From: Fidelibacterota bacterium
GTDB taxonomy: Bacteria; Fidelibacterota; UBA8477; JABMPR01
Assembly: GCA_016844945.1 (NCBI GenBank)
Contig: JAERTJ010000086.1
Location: forward strand, 115,183 to 179,182
DNA: 64,000 nucleotides
Reading direction: 5' to 3'
Part shown: positions 59,539 through 64,000 of the stretch, in pieces
How positions within the stretch are numbered: the first letter of the stretch is position 1
How the letters are laid out: each line of letters opens with the position of its first letter
Translations under genes and position numbers: made by a program
Notes under the pieces: model-generated
Told to the model about the DNA's origin: nothing
Database searches by the model: none
The model's input: the letters and a program-made list of their open reading frames with translations, nothing else

Positions 59539-60870
59539 TTATTTAAGATGATATTTCTGGAGTTTGTAACGCAGAACGCGCTCGCTGACACCTAATCTTC
59601 GAGCACATTCACTTTGATTCCCATTTGATTCAGTAAGGGTTCTCCTTATGAGATCAGCCTCCAGGTCACCCACTGATGATTTAAGTTTCCCAGATGGTTT
59701 TGACTGTTGTTTGGGTTGAGGCAAATTCAACCCATCGGGTAAAATCTCGGGTGCTTCACATAATAAGACGGCTCGTTCGATGAGATTTCCCAATTCACGA
59801 ACATTTCCAGGGAACTGATACCCTTTGAGTACCGCCATCGCTGCTTCTGAAAACTTTAATCCGGAACGGCTTTCTCGGTGAGAATATTTCTGGAGGAAGT
59901 GATTTGTGAGAAGCTCGATATCACTTCGACGCTCTCGAAGTGGTGGAATGTGCAAATTTATGACATTGAGTCGATAGTATAAATCTTCCCTGAACTCACC
60001 TAGCTCGATAGCATGTTCCAAATCTACATTAGTAGCAGCAATCACACGAACATCAGAGGTATATACTATATTTTCACCGATCCGTTGAAACTCCCCACTC
60101 TGTAGAAATCTCAACAACTTGGTTTGCATCTCCATAGGTAGGTCGCCGATTTCATCCAGGAACAAGGTGCCGCCATCTGCTTCTTCAAACCGTCCTGTTC
60201 TGGATGCCGTTGCCCCTGTAAAGGCACCCTTTTCATGACCAAACAATTCACTTTCTATAAGATGGCTGGGCAGTGCTGCACAATTCACTGCGACCATAGC
60301 CTTACTTGATCTTGGTGAATGTTTGTGAATATGGTCAGCCAGGACTTCCTTACCCACACCAGTCTCTCCGGTAATAAGGACTGTTACCTGACTGGAGGCT
60401 ACCCTTGTTGCCTGCTTGATAATGGTTAGCATTGCAGGATCTTCAGCGAGATAGTCTGAATCCCCCATTAAATCAGAATTTGTCGTGTCGTGCTCCCCTC
60501 GTCTTTCAGCCAGATGAGCTTCAATTCCCTTGATGAGACTTTCAAGCTGATCAAGATCAACGGGTTTTGTGAGAAAATCCCAAGCTCCGGACTTCATGGC
60601 ATTAACAGCGATGTCAACAGTTCCAAATGCTGTGATCAAGACAAGGATGGTTCCCGGGTGGCGTGATTTCACCTCGTTCAAAAGATCTACACCTGTCATA
60701 TATGGCATTTTGTAATCTGACAGAACAATGTCCACCTGATAGTTGTGCATATGAGCCAAAGCAGTCTGTGCAGAGTCTGCGGTGCTCACATCATAGCCGA
60801 TCTTTTCCAGGAATCCCGCCAATGATTCACGCTGCAACTGTTCATCATCAACAATCAATAATTTGGTCAT
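59539..60870 (-). CDS. Sigma54-dependent response regulator (NtrC/ZraR family)
   Basis: REC (VDDE, SDYKMP), GETGVGKE, GAFTGA, FLDEIG, FREDLYYRL, Fis HTH. Confidence 0.95.
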   Translation of the reverse strand: MTKLLIVDDEQLQRESLAGFLEKIGYDVSTADSAQTALAHMHNYQVDIVLSDYKMPYMTGVDLLNEVKSRHPGTILVLITAFGTVDIAVNAMKSGAWDFLTKPVDLDQLESLIKGIEAHLAERRGEHDTTNSDLMGDSDYLAEDPAMLTIIKQATRVASSQVTVLITGETGVGKEVLADHIHKHSPRSSKAMVAVNCAALPSHLIESELFGHEKGAFTGATASRTGRFEEADGGTLFLDEIGDLPMEMQTKLLRFLQSGEFQRIGENIVYTSDVRVIAATNVDLEHAIELGEFREDLYYRLNVINLHIPPLRERRSDIELLTNHFLQKYSHRESRSGLKFSEAAMAVLKGYQFPGNVRELGNLIERAVLLCEAPEILPDGLNLPQPKQQSKPSGKLKSSVGDLEADLIRRTLTESNGNQSECARRLGVSERVLRYKLQKYHLK

Positions 60871-62579
60871 TGTCTCACCGGTATTTTGATTTCAATATTT
60901 GTTCCTGAGTTAACCACACTCTCCACATCCAGACTTCCCTGATGATCAGCGATGATTTTATGGGTAAGAGCCAAACCAACCCCAGTGCCCATGTCTTTGG
61001 TGGTGTAGTATAAATCGAATATACGGCTAAGCTGATCTGCTTCGATACCACTTCCGCTATCCCTGACAGATATAACAATCTTATCCCCTGATTTTCTACC
61101 AATCATTCGCACTGTATCGCCAGTTTCGCAAGCATCCAGAGCATTTTTAACCAGATTGGAGATTGCCTGTTTTAAATATTCAGTATCAGCCTCGAATCGG
61201 ATAGATTCACTCTCCACCAGGAGTGTCACATTCTGATCCATAGCTTGAGATTGGTAGAGCTCTTTGATCTGCCTCAACACCTCTCCCAAATTTAGCTCTG
61301 AATAATTCAAGGGAGTTGGTCGTGTGTATTCCAGAAAATCCTGAAGAGAATCATTAATTCGTCCAATCTCAGACACCATAGTACCTGTTAGAGATAGGTA
61401 GTCCTCAGAATCAGTTTTTGGTTCAAACTCACGTTTCAGGCGTTGGGCTACAATCCCGATTGCATTGAGTGGGTTGCGAATCTCATGAGCCACCCCAGCA
61501 GCCAGTTCACCCATAGCCGCCTGTTTCTCACGCATACGGTTAAGTTTTTCCAGCTGATGAACTTCGGCTTCAATCCGCTGCTTCTCCCGCTCCAGCAGAG
61601 CGGCGTTTTGCCGAGAAATAAGAAAGATCAGAATGGCAAATGCCAGGAGGGTAAGCAGGGTCGTGCGCACCAGAATTTGATATATGATTTGCCCTCGAAG
61701 ATTGACCAGAGTATCGTCTTCAAAGCCAATGCGAACTTCACCGACATCAGTACCAAAGAATACGGGACGAACCACTTCAAGCAGTGTGGTGTCAGCAATA
61801 TTCACTTCATACAGGATGTCAGCCAGAGGTGTACGCGACCAGCTATCGTCAATCTTCACGCCATTCTTTGATACGAAATATGGCTCATGGCTATCAAGGG
61901 ATAATTGGAGATATTTTAGTCCCTTCACATGTAGGAGGTCTTCCAGGGCAGATTCCATTTCGGTCAAATAGCGAAAATCTTCAGCAGCTTCTACAGAGAG
62001 CTGACATGTGATAGCCCCCCCGCGGCTCCTAGGTATGGCAACCAGAAATTGCTCATCCTCAAGAAATTCATTTCCAATGATATCATCTTGATCATCAATA
62101 CCAAAAATGATTACATCCTGTTTATTGTTCAGAATAGGTTCAAGCTTTTCTTTGACCCATACATTTTCTGAAACATCACTGGGGTCAACACCCTTTGATA
62201 ATTTTCCAACTGATCGTTCGATGTTACCATCACTATCGAAGGTGGTCACTTCAAGAATGGTGTCATCATTCACCAGCTCATCCAGATCCTGTTTTGACAA
62301 TGCCTGCTCTGAATCCATGTGATTGAGGAGTGTCAAAAGGTCTATTGCCCTGTCAACATATGCATATTTGAGCTCTTCAGTGAGATAAGCCTGGCCACTG
62401 CCACTCTGAGCAATGACCGCTGCAGTCATGGCTGCCTGGTCCTGGATAAGTTGAAGCAACTCACGATATCTAGATTTATACTCAAGATAGGTTGACAGGA
62501 AGAGAATGCCCAGCACACCAAGGTAAAGCAAGATATACCATGGTTTAAGTCTGAGTAGTTTTTTTGCTGGTTTCAGCAA
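60867..62579 (-). CDS. Sensor histidine kinase
   Basis: Two TMs around a large periplasmic domain, AHEIRNPL, NLVKNA, DSGSG, GTGVGL; ATGA overlap with the regulator. Confidence 0.93.
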   Translation of the reverse strand: MLKPAKKLLRLKPWYILLYLGVLGILFLSTYLEYKSRYRELLQLIQDQAAMTAAVIAQSGSGQAYLTEELKYAYVDRAIDLLTLLNHMDSEQALSKQDLDELVNDDTILEVTTFDSDGNIERSVGKLSKGVDPSDVSENVWVKEKLEPILNNKQDVIIFGIDDQDDIIGNEFLEDEQFLVAIPRSRGGAITCQLSVEAAEDFRYLTEMESALEDLLHVKGLKYLQLSLDSHEPYFVSKNGVKIDDSWSRTPLADILYEVNIADTTLLEVVRPVFFGTDVGEVRIGFEDDTLVNLRGQIIYQILVRTTLLTLLAFAILIFLISRQNAALLEREKQRIEAEVHQLEKLNRMREKQAAMGELAAGVAHEIRNPLNAIGIVAQRLKREFEPKTDSEDYLSLTGTMVSEIGRINDSLQDFLEYTRPTPLNYSELNLGEVLRQIKELYQSQAMDQNVTLLVESESIRFEADTEYLKQAISNLVKNALDACETGDTVRMIGRKSGDKIVISVRDSGSGIEADQLSRIFDLYYTTKDMGTGVGLALTHKIIADHQGSLDVESVVNSGTNIEIKIPVRQ

Positions 62580-62595
62580 TGGAGTCCTCTACGAA

Positions 62596-63639
62596 TTAAC
62601 CCAGGACATCCCAGGCATGCTGCAATAGTCTCTCTGTTGTATCAAAACTAACACAGGCATCTGTGATGGAGACCCCGTAGTCCAGCAGACTCAGATCTTC
62701 TGGTATCTTTTGATTCCCTTCAAACAGATTACTCTCCAGCATCATCCCGATCAGCGCACGGTTTCCTGCTACCCGCTGTGAGAGAATACTATTCCAGACC
62801 TTTTCCTGTTGTTCGAATTTCTTACCGGAGTTGGCATGTGAACAATCCACCATGATAGCCTGGTGTAGGTCATTCATTTCCATTCTCTGTGATGTCTCGA
62901 GGATGCTGCCGGGTTCATAGTTTGGCCGGGTTTCTCCTCCCCGGAGAATGATATGTCCTAATTTATTCCCTGTGGTTTCAACGACAGCAATTTGCCCATC
63001 TTGATCAACTCCAATAAAGTGATGGGGGTGACGGGCACTCACCATGGCATCAATAGCCACCTGTAAACTACCTGTGGTGCTATTTTTAAAGCCAACTGGC
63101 ATGGAAAGACCTGAAGCCATCTGCCTATGAGTCTGACTCTCCGTAGTTCGGGCTCCAATGGCGGACCATGAGACAAGATCATCAATGTACTGCGGTGTAA
63201 TGGGGTCCAGGAATTCAGTACCAGCTGGTACTCCCATATCATTAATGGCTGCCAGGAGTTTTCGTCCACGTCTCAAGCCTTCATCTATAAGATAGCTTCC
63301 ATCCAGATTTGGATCATAGGTTAACCCCTTCCACCCGATGGTAGTTCTCGGCTTTTCAAAATAGACACGCATGACAATAAATATTCTGTCTTCATACTTC
63401 GAGCGAAGGGCATTCAAGCGATTTGCATACTCCAAAGCAGCTTTAGGATCATGAATTGAACAGGGTCCGGCAATCACGAGGAGTCGTTTGTCCTTTCCTT
63501 CAAGGATATCGTTAATGGCCTCACGTGCTTCAATCACTGTCCTATTGGCATTTTCAGTGACGGGAAATTCATCTTTCAATGCTCTGGGTGAAGAGAGAGG
63601 ATAAAATCCTTTAATGTGTAGATCTTGTGTCATTTTCAT
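62596..63639 (-). CDS. aroG: 3-deoxy-7-phosphoheptulonate synthase, class I (AroG/F/H type)
   Basis: [41 protein letters not shown]. Confidence 0.9.
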   Translation of the reverse strand: MKMTQDLHIKGFYPLSSPRALKDEFPVTENANRTVIEAREAINDILEGKDKRLLVIAGPCSIHDPKAALEYANRLNALRSKYEDRIFIVMRVYFEKPRTTIGWKGLTYDPNLDGSYLIDEGLRRGRKLLAAINDMGVPAGTEFLDPITPQYIDDLVSWSAIGARTTESQTHRQMASGLSMPVGFKNSTTGSLQVAIDAMVSARHPHHFIGVDQDGQIAVVETTGNKLGHIILRGGETRPNYEPGSILETSQRMEMNDLHQAIMVDCSHANSGKKFEQQEKVWNSILSQRVAGNRALIGMMLESNLFEGNQKIPEDLSLLDYGVSITDACVSFDTTERLLQHAWDVLG

Positions 63640-63728
63640 AGGCGTGGTCTTCAGTATTATTTATTTCAATTCAGCAATGGAATCTAATTAAAAGTAAGGT
63701 CAGGATTGAACAAAGATTCCATTTCAAT

Positions 63729-63756
63729 AAAAATGCCCCGGAAAACCGGGGCATTT
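63729..63756 (-). terminator. Intrinsic terminator after atpC
   Basis: AAATGCCCCGG-AAAA-CCGGGGCATTT with U tract on the minus strand. Confidence 0.82.
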
Positions 63757-63780
63757 CTGGATTTTATTTAAATGAGTAGA

Positions 63781-63999
63781 TTATTTCTTCTCTGCCACCT
63801 TCATTCGGTTCATTGATCTTTCCAGAGCTCTCATAGCCCGCAACTCATCAATCATTTCATCCTGTTTCTTCGCCAGGTTCTCCTTTGCACGATCATAGGC
63901 TGCCTGGGCGCGAGATAAATCGATATCCGTCCCCTGCTCAGCGGATTCAACCAGGAGTTGGACACCCTCCGAAGTAATTTCAGCATAGCCTTTGGTAGC
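63781..63999 (-). CDS. atpC: ATP synthase F1 epsilon subunit, 3' part
   Basis: Hand translation ...GYAEITSEGVQLLVESAEQGTDIDLSRAQAAYDRAK...ALERSMNRMKVAEKK*; absent from ORF track. Confidence 0.9.
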   Translation of the reverse strand, partial: ATKGYAEITSEGVQLLVESAEQGTDIDLSRAQAAYDRAKENLAKKQDEMIDELRAMRALERSMNRMKVAEKK

Positions 64000-64000
64000 G

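Noticed and set aside
1-64000. Remaining short ORFs in the six-frame track; tRNA or rRNA genes
   Set aside because: Short ORFs are antisense or out-of-frame shadows of well-supported genes; no cloverleaf or rRNA signature was seen in any gap

Overview
Chromosomal, mostly housekeeping window from a Gram-negative bacterium, probably FCB superphylum and plausibly Marinimicrobia-like. This is inferred from a YPNPFNP-type C-terminal sorting domain, a dockerin-tailed peptidase, DUF3467, split gcvP, a group II GGGP synthase and TonB receptors with carboxypeptidase-regulatory N-domains. About 57 CDSs were called; no tRNA, rRNA, CRISPR array or transposase was seen. Order: copA (5'-truncated); dksA-like gene; M23 peptidase-rhomboid-cdd-tdk-nupC-adk-coaE; dgt; xerD; efp-accB-accC-gcvH-gcvPA-GGGPS; TonB receptor; ECF sigma module; TrmB-gap-like-gap-GH57-glgP; two MMPL transporters with TetR, LolA-like and outer-membrane genes; M14 and M1 peptidases; aspS; second TonB receptor; a sigma54 two-component module; aroG-type DAHP synthase; 3' end of atpC. 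The two best leads are: (1) a full-length GAPDH paralogue lacking the catalytic Cys and substrate-binding residues, translationally coupled to an intact gap behind a TrmB regulator; (2) a sigma54 HK/RR module with visible enhancer and promoter, upstream of a secreted Ca-binding-repeat protein, a beta-barrel, a Spy/ZraP-like protein and a pentaheme cytochrome c with a T9SS-type tail. Several intergenic REP-like palindrome families and apparently leaderless genes are also present. All calls come from motif reading; no searches were run.
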